From: Oscillospiraceae bacterium
GTDB taxonomy: Bacteria > Bacillota > Clostridia > Oscillospirales > Oscillospiraceae
Assembly: GCA_015067885.1 (NCBI GenBank)
Contig: SVLO01000002.1
Coordinates: 36,606-100,605, forward strand
Direction of reading: 5' to 3'
Length of the DNA: 64,000 bases
Every line of letters starts with the position of its first letter. Positions within the stretch are counted from its first letter, which is position 1. This document shows, one piece after another, positions 19,533 through 28,293 of the stretch. The notes below the pieces were generated by a model. That model saw nothing but the letters and a program-made list of their open reading frames with translations, did not search any database and was not told the origin of the DNA. The position numbers and the translations under genes are program-made.

Positions 19533-19572
19533 AAATCTACTTTGGTACTGCTATCCCACCTGTGCGGGCCAC

Positions 19573-19677
19573 TCATCCGTTCATCGTTTTGTCCATGCCA
19601 AAAAAGCCGGCGCCCATAAATCGAGCCCAGCCAAACGCAAAATACACGGATGCAGTTGTGACGGTGTTGTGACGCAT
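19573..19677 (-). CDS. Aromatic-rich leader peptide (34 aa) MRHNTVTTASVYFAFGWARFMGAGFFGMDKTMNG
   Basis: Hand-translated; RBS GAGGTG 7 nt before ATG; 5 Phe, 1 Tyr and 1 Trp within codons 12-26; below the ORF-track size cutoff. Confidence 0.8.
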   Translation of the reverse strand: MRHNTVTTASVYFAFGWARFMGAGFFGMDKTMNG

Positions 19678-19707
19678 ATTTGCACACCTCACAGAAAATA
19701 TGGCCTT

Positions 19708-19736
19708 ATTATACTCTCATCCAAACAGAATTGCAA
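19708..19736 (-). promoter_or_regulatory. SigA promoter of the aro operon
   Basis: TTGCAA(19731-19736)-N17-TATAAT(19708-19713). Confidence 0.8.
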
Positions 19737-19747
19737 CTATTAAAACG

Positions 19748-19767
19748 CGATTTTTCGCGTTAAAGTG
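19748..19767. promoter_or_regulatory. Candidate TrpR/YerC-family operator
   Basis: Minus strand CACTTTAACGCGAAAAATCG; resembles the sites at 5583-5602 and 28186-28205. Confidence 0.45.
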
Positions 19768-19787
19768 AAAAAGTTTTTTATTTACTC

Positions 19788-19816
19788 TTGACAAACAATC
19801 AAAAACGCGTTACACT
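19788..19816 (+). promoter_or_regulatory. SigA promoter of the thiamine transport operon
   Basis: TTGACA-N17-TACACT. Confidence 0.75.
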
Positions 19817-19827
19817 TGCCAGCACAA

Positions 19828-19910
19828 TGGGGAGTCCGAATTGACGGGCTGAGAGTCGGATGTTTTCCGAGACCCTTTAACCTGATCTGGATCATGCCAG
19901 CGTAGGGAAC
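19828..19910 (+). ncRNA. TPP riboswitch aptamer
   Basis: GGGGAGTC...GGGCTGAGAG...GACCCTTTAACCTGATCTGGATCATGCCAGCGTAGGGAA hallmark segments, upstream of thiamine genes. Confidence 0.96.
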
Positions 19911-19959
19911 ATATATTTGCGTTGTTGTATTCTGCCTATAACGACCGCAGATCTGTTTT

Positions 19960-19996
19960 GTGCCTTCGCCGGGATGTCCGGCGAGGGCACTTTTTT
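19960..19996 (+). terminator. Riboswitch expression-platform terminator
   Basis: GTGCCTTCGCCGG-GATGT-CCGGCGAGGGCAC-TTTTTT. Confidence 0.85.
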
Positions 19997-20015
19997 CATA
20001 CAGGAGGAACAACAA

Positions 20016-20315
20016 ATGAAAGCAAGCGTTGCCATTCAAACTCTGCCGGCTGCCCCAAACGACGAGGAACTGGTCCGTATCGTGGACGAGGTCATCGCCT
20101 ACATCAAAAGCACAGGCCTGAACTACTACGTAGGGCCGTGCGAGACCGCCATTGAGGGGGACGACTACGACCAGCTCATGGACGTGGTGAAACAATGCCA
20201 GCACGTGGCCATCCGGGCCGGCGCCCCCAGCGTCAGCGCCTACATCAAGGTCACTTATAAACCGGAAGGCGAGGTCCTGACCATTGACAAAAAAGTTACC
20301 AAGCATCACCAATAA
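20016..20315 (+). CDS. Thiamine/HMP-binding protein (MTH1187/YkoF-like)
   Basis: VDEVIAYIKSTGLNYYVGPCETAIEG; RBS AGGAGG; first gene after the TPP riboswitch. Confidence 0.88.
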   Translation: MKASVAIQTLPAAPNDEELVRIVDEVIAYIKSTGLNYYVGPCETAIEGDDYDQLMDVVKQCQHVAIRAGAPSVSAYIKVTYKPEGEVLTIDKKVTKHHQ

Positions 20316-21063
20316 ACTGCCCGCTTTGGCCGCAGTAACCATTCTTTTGCTTTTGTGGCAGGCGGTGTGCGGCACAAATCTTGTCCCGGCCTATATGCTC
20401 CCCTCCCCGGTGGACGTACTGCGGGCCTTTTGGGCCGAGCGCGCCCTGCTATGGGAAAACGCCCTGATCACCCTGCAGGAGGCCTTTATCGGCCTGGGGC
20501 TGGGCGTCCTTTTGGGACTCACCTTTGCCACGGTCATGGACGCCATCCCCCTGCTGCGCCGGGCGGTCTATCCCATTTTACTTCTCACCCAGACCGTACC
20601 CACCGTGGCCATCGCCCCCCTGCTGGTACTGTGGCTGGGCTACGGCCTGCTGCCCAAGATCGTTCTCATCGTCCTGACCACCTTTTTCCCCGTGACTGTG
20701 GGCCTGCTTGACGGCTTCGCCGCCGCCGACCCGGACGCGGTCAACCTGCTGCGCTCCATGGGTGCCGGAAGATGGCAGATATTCCGGTACATCAAATTCC
20801 CCGGCGCGCTGGGCCAGTTCTTTTCCGGCCTGCGCATTGCCGCGGCTTACTGCGTGGTGGGTGCCGTCATCAGCGAGTGGCTGGGCGGCTTCGGCGGCCT
20901 GGGCGTGTATATGACCCGGGTGAAAAAGGCCTTTGCCTTTGACAAGATGTTCGCCGTCATCCTTCTCATCAGCGCCGTTTCTTTGGCGCTGATGGCGCTG
21001 GTGGACGTGGCCGGTCGGCTGTGCATGCCCTGGCAGCGAACTTCGGAAACAAACAACAAATAA
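20284..21063 (+). CDS. ABC transporter permease (ThiX/TauC type)
   Basis: LPSP, QTVPTVAIAP, LLRSMGA and GAVISEWLGG motifs; TTG start. Confidence 0.9.
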   Translation: MTKKLPSITNKLPALAAVTILLLLWQAVCGTNLVPAYMLPSPVDVLRAFWAERALLWENALITLQEAFIGLGLGVLLGLTFATVMDAIPLLRRAVYPILLLTQTVPTVAIAPLLVLWLGYGLLPKIVLIVLTTFFPVTVGLLDGFAAADPDAVNLLRSMGAGRWQIFRYIKFPGALGQFFSGLRIAAAYCVVGAVISEWLGGFGGLGVYMTRVKKAFAFDKMFAVILLISAVSLALMALVDVAGRLCMPWQRTSETNNK

Positions 21064-21080
21064 GATAAGGAGTCTTTACT

Positions 21081-22085
21081 ATGAAACACAAATTCCGTTG
21101 GCTTGCCGGCCTGCTGGCTGGTATCCTCGCCCTTTCCCTGTGCGCCTGTTCCGCCCCCGCAAGCGACGAACCCACCCTTGAAAAAATCACCTTCGTGCTG
21201 GACTGGACCCCCAACACCAACCACACCGGCCTGTACGTGGCCCTTGCCAAGGGCTGGTTCGAGCAGGCGGGGCTGGAGGTGGAGGTGGTGCAGCCCCCCG
21301 CCGACGGGGCGGAGGTGCTGGTGGCCTCGGGCAAGGCCCAGTTCGGCGTGTCCTTTCAGGACTCTATGGCTCCGGCCCTGAGCGGCACCTCTCCCCTGCC
21401 CATCACGGCGGTGGCGGCGGTCATTCAGCACAACACCTCCGGCATCATCTCCCGGGCCGGGGAGGGTATGCACACCCCCGCCGGTCTTGCCGGGCATAAG
21501 TACGCCACCTGGGATTCCCCGGTGGAGAAAGCCACCATCGCCCACGTCATGGCCGCCGACGGCGGCGACTTTGACACCGTGGAGCTGATCCCCTCCACCG
21601 TCACCGACGAGGTGTCCGCCCTGGAGAGCCGCAGCGTGGACGCCATTTGGGTCTTTTACGCCTGGGCGGGTATCGCCTGTCAGACCGCCGATTTGGACAC
21701 GGACTATTTCGCCTTTGCGGATATGGACCCGGTCTTTGACTTCTACACCCCGGTCATCATCGCCGGCAACGACTTCCTCTCCCAAAAGCCGGACACCGCC
21801 CGGGCCTTCCTGTCCGCCCTGGCACAGGGCTATGAATTCGCCGCCGAGCATCCCGACGGGGCCGCCGAAATTTTGATGGACGCCGCCCCCGAGCTGCGCG
21901 CCAACGAGGCCTTGGTCCGGGCCAGCCAGCAGTATCTGGCCGACCGCTACACCGCCGAGGCCGCCCGCTGGGGCGAGTTTGACCCCGATCGCTGGGCCGC
22001 CTACTACAACTGGCTGGACCGGGAGGGTCTAGTGGCGGAGCTTGACCCCAACACCGGCTTCACCAACGACTTTTTGCCCGGCTGA
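21081..22085 (+). CDS. NMT1/THI5-like substrate-binding lipoprotein (ThiY type)
   Basis: LSLCAC lipobox; LDWTPNTNHTGLYVA motif. Confidence 0.92.
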   Translation: MKHKFRWLAGLLAGILALSLCACSAPASDEPTLEKITFVLDWTPNTNHTGLYVALAKGWFEQAGLEVEVVQPPADGAEVLVASGKAQFGVSFQDSMAPALSGTSPLPITAVAAVIQHNTSGIISRAGEGMHTPAGLAGHKYATWDSPVEKATIAHVMAADGGDFDTVELIPSTVTDEVSALESRSVDAIWVFYAWAGIACQTADLDTDYFAFADMDPVFDFYTPVIIAGNDFLSQKPDTARAFLSALAQGYEFAAEHPDGAAEILMDAAPELRANEALVRASQQYLADRYTAEAARWGEFDPDRWAAYYNWLDREGLVAELDPNTGFTNDFLPG

Positions 22086-22819
22086 TGGCGCTGCTGGACG
22101 TACGCTCGGTCAGCAAAGCCTTTGGTGACCGCCCGGTTTTGGCCGGGGTGGACCTGACCGTGGAACCCGGTGAGTTGGTGTGCCTGCTGGGTATCAGCGG
22201 CGGCGGAAAGACCACTTTGTTCCACATCATCTCCGGCCTGCTGACCCCCGACGATGGCCGGGTCCTGCTGGAGGGCGAGGACGTCACCGGCCAGCCCGGC
22301 CGGGTGAGCTATATGCTGCAAAAGGACCTGCTGCTGCCCTACCGCAGGGTGCTGGACAACGTGATTTTGCCCCTGCTGCTGCAGGGGGTGAAGCGGGACG
22401 AGGCCCGGGCCCGGGCGCAGGAACTGTTTGCCACCTTCGGTCTGGAGGGTACCCAGCAGCTCTACCCCGCCCAGCTCTCCGGCGGTATGCGCCAGCGGGC
22501 GGCCCTGCTGCGCACCTACCTGTTCTCCCGCAAGCTGGTGCTGCTGGACGAGCCATTCTCCGCCCTGGACGCCCTGACCAAATCCGCCATGCACCGCTGG
22601 TATTTGGACGTGATGGAGCGCCTGCCCGTGTCCACCCTGTTCATCACCCACGATGTGGACGAGGCCATCTTGCTCTCTGACCGGATCTGTCTGCTGTCCG
22701 GTACCCCGGGGCGCATCACTCACCAAATTACCGTTCCCCACCCCCGTCCACGGGACAAGGAGTTCGCCCTGTCCCAAGAGTTTTTGGACTGCAAGCGGCA
22801 TATCCTTAGCCTGCTGTAA
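22085..22819 (+). CDS. ABC transporter ATPase (ThiZ/TauB type)
   Basis: GISGGGKT, LSGGMRQR, LLDEPFSALD and THDVDEA motifs. Confidence 0.93.
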   Translation: MALLDVRSVSKAFGDRPVLAGVDLTVEPGELVCLLGISGGGKTTLFHIISGLLTPDDGRVLLEGEDVTGQPGRVSYMLQKDLLLPYRRVLDNVILPLLLQGVKRDEARARAQELFATFGLEGTQQLYPAQLSGGMRQRAALLRTYLFSRKLVLLDEPFSALDALTKSAMHRWYLDVMERLPVSTLFITHDVDEAILLSDRICLLSGTPGRITHQITVPHPRPRDKEFALSQEFLDCKRHILSLL

Positions 22820-22823
22820 GCGC

Positions 22824-22860
22824 AAAAACGGCTGTCACCGGATGGTGACAGCCGTTTTTT
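22824..22860. terminator. Bidirectional intrinsic terminator
   Basis: AAAAACGGCTGTCACC-GGAT-GGTGACAGCCGTTTTTT. Confidence 0.88.
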
Positions 22861-24118
22861 AATTTTCGTATGGCAGCCCCGACAAATACCGCCGGGCCAA
22901 ATCGAAGGCGTGATGGGCAGTCTGGGTGCGCAACCGCTCCCGCATGGGGCGATTGCCCAATTGTAAGGGGCGCACGTAGCTCCCCTCCGGCGTGGCAATG
23001 GCCACGAAAGCCGTCCCCACCTCGTTGCCCCGGTCGTCCCGGTCGGGTCCGGCCACGCCGGTGCTGGCAAGGGCCACGTCACAGCCCAGCAGCCGCCGGA
23101 CGCCCTGCGCCATAGCCTCGGCCACGGGGGCGGACACCGCGCCGTACCGGTCCAGCAGTTCCTGCCCCACGCCCAGCACCTCGTGCTTGACCTCGTTGGT
23201 GTAGGACACCACGCCGCCCCGGAACACCCGGGACACCCCGGGCAGGTCGGTCAGCCGCTTGGCCATCAGGCCGCCGGTAATGCTCTCCGCTGTGCCGATT
23301 GTCAGGTGTTTCTCTTCCAGCAGGGACTGCACCACCTGCTCCAGGCTGGCCACGTCCACGCCGTATACCATGCTGCCGAACAACCCCTTGATCTGCTCCA
23401 CCACGGGCAGCAGCAGCGCCTGGGCCTGCGCGTCCGTGTCCGCCTTGGCGGTGACCCGCAGCTCGCACTCCCCCTCCTTGGCGTAGGGGGCCAGGGTGGG
23501 GTTGGTCATGGTGTTCATCTGCTCTCGCAGCACCGCCTCCATGGCCGACTCCCCGATGCCGAACAGCTTCAGGGTGTGGGAGGCGATGACCCCCTCGGAC
23601 AAGCTCTGCAGATAGGGTACCGCCCGATAGCGGAACATGGGGGTACACTCGCTGGGCGGGCCGGGCAGCATGATGACGTGGACGCCATCCACCTCAAAGG
23701 CGCAGCCGGGGGCGGTACCCCAGTCGTTTTCCAGCACCACGCACCCCTGGGGCAGCATGGCCTGCTGGAGATTGCTCTCCGGCATCTGCCGCCCGGTGCG
23801 GGCGAAATAGGCGCGGATACGCTCTGCCGACGGCTCATGGAACACCAGCTTTTTGCCAAAGGCCTCGGCCAGCACGTTCTTGGTCAGATCGTCGCAGGTG
23901 GGACCAAGACCTCCGGTGGTGATAATGACGTCGGCCCGGCTGCGGGCCAGCTCCACCGCCTGTTTGGCCCGGCCGGGGTTATCCCCCACCACCGTGTGCC
24001 AGTAGACGTTCAGCCCCAGCTCGCTCAGCCCCCGGGACAGCATCTGCGCATCCGTGTTGGCAATGCTGCCCAGCAGCAGCTCCGTCCCCACAGACAAAAT
24101 TTCCACCTTGTGTGACAT
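22859..24118 (-). CDS. cinA: Competence/damage-inducible protein A (MocF-like + PncC domains)
   Basis: VGTELLLG, TGGLGPTCDDLT, GTAPG, AESITGG and TGVAGP motifs. Confidence 0.95.
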   Translation of the reverse strand: MSHKVEILSVGTELLLGSIANTDAQMLSRGLSELGLNVYWHTVVGDNPGRAKQAVELARSRADVIITTGGLGPTCDDLTKNVLAEAFGKKLVFHEPSAERIRAYFARTGRQMPESNLQQAMLPQGCVVLENDWGTAPGCAFEVDGVHVIMLPGPPSECTPMFRYRAVPYLQSLSEGVIASHTLKLFGIGESAMEAVLREQMNTMTNPTLAPYAKEGECELRVTAKADTDAQAQALLLPVVEQIKGLFGSMVYGVDVASLEQVVQSLLEEKHLTIGTAESITGGLMAKRLTDLPGVSRVFRGGVVSYTNEVKHEVLGVGQELLDRYGAVSAPVAEAMAQGVRRLLGCDVALASTGVAGPDRDDRGNEVGTAFVAIATPEGSYVRPLQLGNRPMRERLRTQTAHHAFDLARRYLSGLPYEN

Positions 24119-24122
24119 GGTA

Positions 24123-24815
24123 TCACTCCAAACCCAAAATGGCGGGCAATTCCTTCAAGTTGCGGATATCATAGTCCACCCGGAACCCCGCCGGCACCGG
24201 CTCGGCCTTGGGGTTGTACCAACAGCACAGGATGCCGGCGTTGTTGCCGCCCCGGATGTCGCTGGTCAGGGAGTCCCCCACGATCAGCACTTCTCCGGGC
24301 GCAAACTGCCCAATTTTCTCAAAAACAGCGTCAAAAAAGCCCTTATTCGGCTTTTCAATGCCGATAACGTCAGAAATGAACACGTCGTCCAACAGCAAAT
24401 CAAGACCGGAATTTTTCAGCTTGCCCCGCTGGGCCACCAGGGTGCCGTTGGTGACGGCATACTGCCGCACCTTGCCCCGCAGGCGCTCCACCAGCTCCTT
24501 GCCGTTGTCATTGAAAACCACCGTTTCGCCCAGCCGCACCTGATACTCGGCGTTGAAGTCGTCCACGCAGGCGGTGTCCAGGCCGTAGGCGGCAAAAAAC
24601 TCCTCGAACCGGCCTCGCAGCACCTGCTGCTTGGTCAGCTCACCCAGCTCCAGCCGCTTCCAGTACCGGGCATTGATGGCGGAATAATGGGCCAGCATCT
24701 CGTCGGTCAGCTTACCCAAACCAAACTTCTCAAAGCAGGCACCGATGGCCGCCCGCTCTGCCAGCTTGAAGGACAGCAAAGTGCCGTCAATGTCCCACAA
24801 AACTACCTTTATCAT
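24123..24815 (-). CDS. HAD-family nucleotidase, YjjG-like
   Basis: WDIDGTL, VTNG, EKP and GDSLTSDI motifs. Confidence 0.9.
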   Translation of the reverse strand: MIKVVLWDIDGTLLSFKLAERAAIGACFEKFGLGKLTDEMLAHYSAINARYWKRLELGELTKQQVLRGRFEEFFAAYGLDTACVDDFNAEYQVRLGETVVFNDNGKELVERLRGKVRQYAVTNGTLVAQRGKLKNSGLDLLLDDVFISDVIGIEKPNKGFFDAVFEKIGQFAPGEVLIVGDSLTSDIRGGNNAGILCCWYNPKAEPVPAGFRVDYDIRNLKELPAILGLE

Positions 24816-24816
24816 A

Positions 24817-25986
24817 TTACACCTGCACCCGCTCGATGCCGTCCACAGCCTCGGCTACCAGCGCCTCGATATCCAGGCTCTGCTCGGCGTACTCCACCTC
24901 GCTCAGGGTGGGGCGCAGCCGGGGGTGCCGGGGGGTAAAGACGGTGCAGCAGTCCTCATAAGGCAGGATAGAGGTGTCGTAGGTGCCGATCTTGCGGGAG
25001 ATCTGCACGATCTCCTCCTTGTCCATACCCACACAGGGGCGCAGGATGGGCAGGTCGGGCACCACCGCGCCGGTACAGGCCAGGGCCTCCATGGTCTGGC
25101 TGGCCACCTGACCCAGGCACTCGCCGGTGACCAGGGCCTTGGCGCCGCAGCGCTTTGCCACCTCCCGGGAAATGCGCATCATGAACCGGCGCATGACGAT
25201 GGTGAACAGCTCCTCGGGGCAACTGCGGCGCAGTTCCTCCTGAATTTTGGTAAAGGGCACTACGTGGACCACCATGTGGCCGCAGTAGGGGGTAAGCTGC
25301 CTGGCCAGGTCCAGCACCTTTTCCTTTGCCTCCGGCGAGGTGTAGGGGTAGGAGAAGAAATGCACCATGTCCAGGGCCACGCCCCGCTTTGCGATCATGT
25401 AGCTGGACACCGGGGAGTCGATGCCGCCGGACAGCAGGGACACAGCCCGGCCGTTGACCCCCACGGGCAGGCCGCCGGCGCCGGGTTCGGCATCGGCATG
25501 GACGTAGGCGGCGTAGTCCCGGACCTCCACGTGGACGGTCAGCTCCGGGTCGTGAACGTCTACCGCAAGGTTGTCGTACGCCTCGTGCAGTTCGCCGCCC
25601 ACGTACTGGCTGAGCTGGATGGAGTTCATGGGGAAGGTCTTGTCCGCCCGCTTGGTCTCCACCTTGAAGGTGCGGGCCGTGCGCAACTTGTCGTCCAAAA
25701 ACTCCTTGGCGCAGGTCAGAATGGCGTCCTTATCCTTCTCGCAGGGGCGGGCCAGGGACACGCCCACGATGCCGAACACATGCCGGATGGCCTCGAAGGC
25801 CCCGCGCACGTCGCAGGTGTCGTCCTTGGGCTCCACGTAGGTGGTGGACTGGCGGGTGTAGACCCGGAACTGCCCGAAGGGGTGCAGGCGGCGGTGGAGG
25901 TTGGCGTGGAGCTTGTCTTCGAAGCTGCGGCGGTTCAGGCCCTTGAGTACCATCTCGCCCAGCTTGAGCAAAATCATTTCCTTCAT
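24817..25986 (-). CDS. thiI: tRNA 4-thiouridine synthase
   Basis: THUMP domain, PP-loop LLSGGIDSPV, GQVASQT and EDCC motifs. Confidence 0.96.
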   Translation of the reverse strand: MKEMILLKLGEMVLKGLNRRSFEDKLHANLHRRLHPFGQFRVYTRQSTTYVEPKDDTCDVRGAFEAIRHVFGIVGVSLARPCEKDKDAILTCAKEFLDDKLRTARTFKVETKRADKTFPMNSIQLSQYVGGELHEAYDNLAVDVHDPELTVHVEVRDYAAYVHADAEPGAGGLPVGVNGRAVSLLSGGIDSPVSSYMIAKRGVALDMVHFFSYPYTSPEAKEKVLDLARQLTPYCGHMVVHVVPFTKIQEELRRSCPEELFTIVMRRFMMRISREVAKRCGAKALVTGECLGQVASQTMEALACTGAVVPDLPILRPCVGMDKEEIVQISRKIGTYDTSILPYEDCCTVFTPRHPRLRPTLSEVEYAEQSLDIEALVAEAVDGIERVQV

Positions 25987-26126
25987 ACGTTCGGTTCCTT
26001 TCCGAAGTGAATTTATCCTTTATATTATATCCAAAGCCGTCCCCCCTGTCCAGTACCAACCGGCGTACTTTCCTCTTGCGTTTGTCGGAAAAAGGGAGTA
26101 GAATAGTCGCCATCGAGGTGATACCA

Positions 26127-26837
26127 ATGAACCGCAAAACCCTGGCGGCGGCCTTTCCCCCCACCGTACCGGTGCTGATGGGCTACATCGCCATCGGCAT
26201 GGCCTTCGGCCTGATGCTGCAATCCATCGGCTACGGACCTGTGTGGGCCGCGTTTATGAGCCTGACCATCTACGCCGGCTCCGGCCAGTATTTGGGCGTG
26301 TCCCTGCTGGCCATGGGTGCCGGTCTGGCCGAGGTGGCCTTTCTGACCTTTATCATCAACTTCCGCCACTTGGTGTACGGTCTGTCCCTGCTGGAAAAGT
26401 TCCACGGCATGGGGCCGCGGAAGCTGTACATGATGTTCTCCCTGACCGACGAAACTTACGCCCTGCTCAGCAGCGCCGAAGCGCCCCAGGGCATCGACCC
26501 CCACGATTTCTACTTCACCATCGCCCTGCTGAACCACAGCTACTGGATCGCCGGCTCTGTGCTGGGCAGTGTGGTAGGTCAACTGCTGGGCTTCGACACC
26601 ACCGGCGTGGACTTCGCCATGACCGCCCTGTTCATCGTCATCGCCGTCAGCCAGTGGCGCGCCTATTCCAGGCATCTGCCCGCCCTGCTGGGCGGCGCGG
26701 TTACCCTTGTGTCCCTGCTGCTGGTGGGCAAGGAAAATATGCTGTTGCCCGCCCTGGGTGTCATCGTACTGGTACTGGTGCTGGCCCGTCCCAAGCTGGA
26801 GTCCCACCCCGCCGCGAAAGGAGCTGATGCCAAATGA
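26127..26837 (+). CDS. azlC: AzlC-family branched-chain amino-acid exporter
   Basis: YAGSGQ, NFRHLVYG and LTDETYA motifs. Confidence 0.9.
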   Translation: MNRKTLAAAFPPTVPVLMGYIAIGMAFGLMLQSIGYGPVWAAFMSLTIYAGSGQYLGVSLLAMGAGLAEVAFLTFIINFRHLVYGLSLLEKFHGMGPRKLYMMFSLTDETYALLSSAEAPQGIDPHDFYFTIALLNHSYWIAGSVLGSVVGQLLGFDTTGVDFAMTALFIVIAVSQWRAYSRHLPALLGGAVTLVSLLLVGKENMLLPALGVIVLVLVLARPKLESHPAAKGADAK

Positions 26838-27244
26838 CCGACCTCGCCCTCACCCCCGGTCAGGCCGCCCTGTCCATTTTGGTCATGGCCGCGGTCACCT
26901 TTCTGACCCGGGCGCTGCCCTTTCTTCTCTTTGACCACGGCGACCGCCCCCCCCGCATCATCCTCTATCTGGGCAGCGTGCTGCCCCCCGCCATCATTAC
27001 CATGCTCATCGTCTACTGCCTGAAGGACGTCACCTTTGCCGGCCCCTTCTCCGCCCCCAATCCGGATGGCGGCATCTTCGGCGGCTGGCTCTCCGTCCTG
27101 TTGGCCAGCCTGACCGCCCTGGGTCTGCACACATGGAAACGCAACGACCTGCTTTCCATTTTTGGTGCGACCATCCTGTATATGCTGCTGATTCGGCTGG
27201 ACTTGGCCGCTGTCAGCGCGTGGTTCCAAGGTATTTTCGCATAA
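26834..27244 (+). CDS. azlD: AzlD-family membrane protein
   Basis: TRALPF, YLGSVLPPA and LIVYCLK motifs; overlaps azlC stop. Confidence 0.88.
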   Translation: MTDLALTPGQAALSILVMAAVTFLTRALPFLLFDHGDRPPRIILYLGSVLPPAIITMLIVYCLKDVTFAGPFSAPNPDGGIFGGWLSVLLASLTALGLHTWKRNDLLSIFGATILYMLLIRLDLAAVSAWFQGIFA

Positions 27245-27247
27245 GAC

Positions 27248-27283
27248 AAACGCGGTGCTTCCGTTGGAAGCACCGCGTTTTTT
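27248..27283. terminator. Bidirectional intrinsic terminator
   Basis: AAACGCGGTGCTTCC-GTT-GGAAGCACCGCGTTTTTT. Confidence 0.88.
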
Positions 27284-28142
27284 ATGCTTGCACCTCTTGT
27301 TCGTGCCGGTTCATCTGCCGTTTGCGGCTTGCCGACCACTCCAGCTTCTCGGCCAGTGCCTTCCGGTCCCCGGAACGCAGCACCTGCCGATAGGCGTTGA
27401 TATTCTGCTCCAGCCGCTCCAGCGCCTGGTCCAGTTGCGGCGCATTGAGAGAGAACAACTGCGTCCACAGGGGTACGTCCAGCGCCGCCACCCGGGTACA
27501 TCCCCGGAAGGAGTCCCCCTCAAAGCCCATAAATTCAAACAGCTTGGGGTCGTCGCACACGGACACGGCAATGACGTGCATCATTTGGCTGGTGTAGGCG
27601 ATGATGGCATCGTGCTGCTCCGGGGTGGTCCGGACCACGTCCCGGCACCCCATATAGACCGCCATGCGTTCCAGCAGGGCAACTTTGTCCGGGTCGCTGC
27701 TCTCATCGGGGACCATGATGTAGTGGGCGCCACGGAACATATCCTTCAGGGCGTTCTGCACACCGGAAAACTCCGTACCCGCCATGGGGTGTCCGCCGAT
27801 GAAATCCACCTCCGGGGGCAGCACCCGGGCCGCCCGGACGATGGCGGTCTTTACGCCGCACACGTCGGTGACCAGGGCGCCGGGCTTGAAGCCGTCCCTG
27901 TGCCGCTGCAGAAAATCCACGATCCCCTGCGGGTGCAGGCACAGAAACACAACCTCCGCCTGGGCGATGGCCCCGGCCGCGTCGTCTGTCACCCGATCGG
28001 CCACGTGATGCTCCGCGGCAAAGCGCAGGGTGGGCTGGCTGACGTCCACGCCCACGATCTCATAATCCTCAAACCCCTGCAGCGCCATGGCTATGGAGCC
28101 GCCGATCAGTCCCAGGCCCACGATCGCAATCTGTTTTGACAT
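27282..28142 (-). CDS. tyrA: Prephenate dehydrogenase
   Basis: VGLGLIGGS, TDVCGVK, GGHPMAG and HDAIIAYTSQ motifs; RBS spacing favours ATG 28142. Confidence 0.93.
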   Translation of the reverse strand: MSKQIAIVGLGLIGGSIAMALQGFEDYEIVGVDVSQPTLRFAAEHHVADRVTDDAAGAIAQAEVVFLCLHPQGIVDFLQRHRDGFKPGALVTDVCGVKTAIVRAARVLPPEVDFIGGHPMAGTEFSGVQNALKDMFRGAHYIMVPDESSDPDKVALLERMAVYMGCRDVVRTTPEQHDAIIAYTSQMMHVIAVSVCDDPKLFEFMGFEGDSFRGCTRVAALDVPLWTQLFSLNAPQLDQALERLEQNINAYRQVLRSGDRKALAEKLEWSASRKRQMNRHEQEVQA

Positions 28143-28177
28143 ACCGCTCATCCTCTCTGCAAAACACTCTCTTTGGA

Positions 28178-28207
28178 CACTTTAACACTTTCAATCAGTA
28201 AAGTCAA
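28178..28207 (-). promoter_or_regulatory. tyrA SigA promoter with embedded TrpR/YerC-type operator
   Basis: TTGACT-N17-TAAAGT (extended TG); CACTTTCAATCAGTAAAGTC at 28186-28205 plus an extra half-site CACTTTAA 8 bp away. Confidence 0.65.
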
Positions 28208-28232
28208 TGGTTTTTCTCCCGTTTATTCGGCG

Positions 28233-28260
28233 GAATATTTGTCCACAATAAGCATATACT
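28233..28260 (+). promoter_or_regulatory. Candidate SigE promoter of yaaL-bofA
   Basis: GAATATT-N13-CATATACT; bofA is a known mother-cell SigE gene in Bacillus. Confidence 0.45.
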
Positions 28261-28293
28261 TACAACGACACCAAGGAAGGGAGGCCCCCCTCT

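Noticed and set aside
19460-19700. T-box riboswitch upstream of aroF
   Set aside because: No AGGGTGGNACCGCG T-box sequence or stem-I AGAGA/GNTG signature seen; a leader peptide explains the region better.
24817-25986. thiI as part of the TPP regulon
   Set aside because: It is on the opposite strand in a separate operon and lacks the rhodanese extension; tRNA thiolation is the likelier role.
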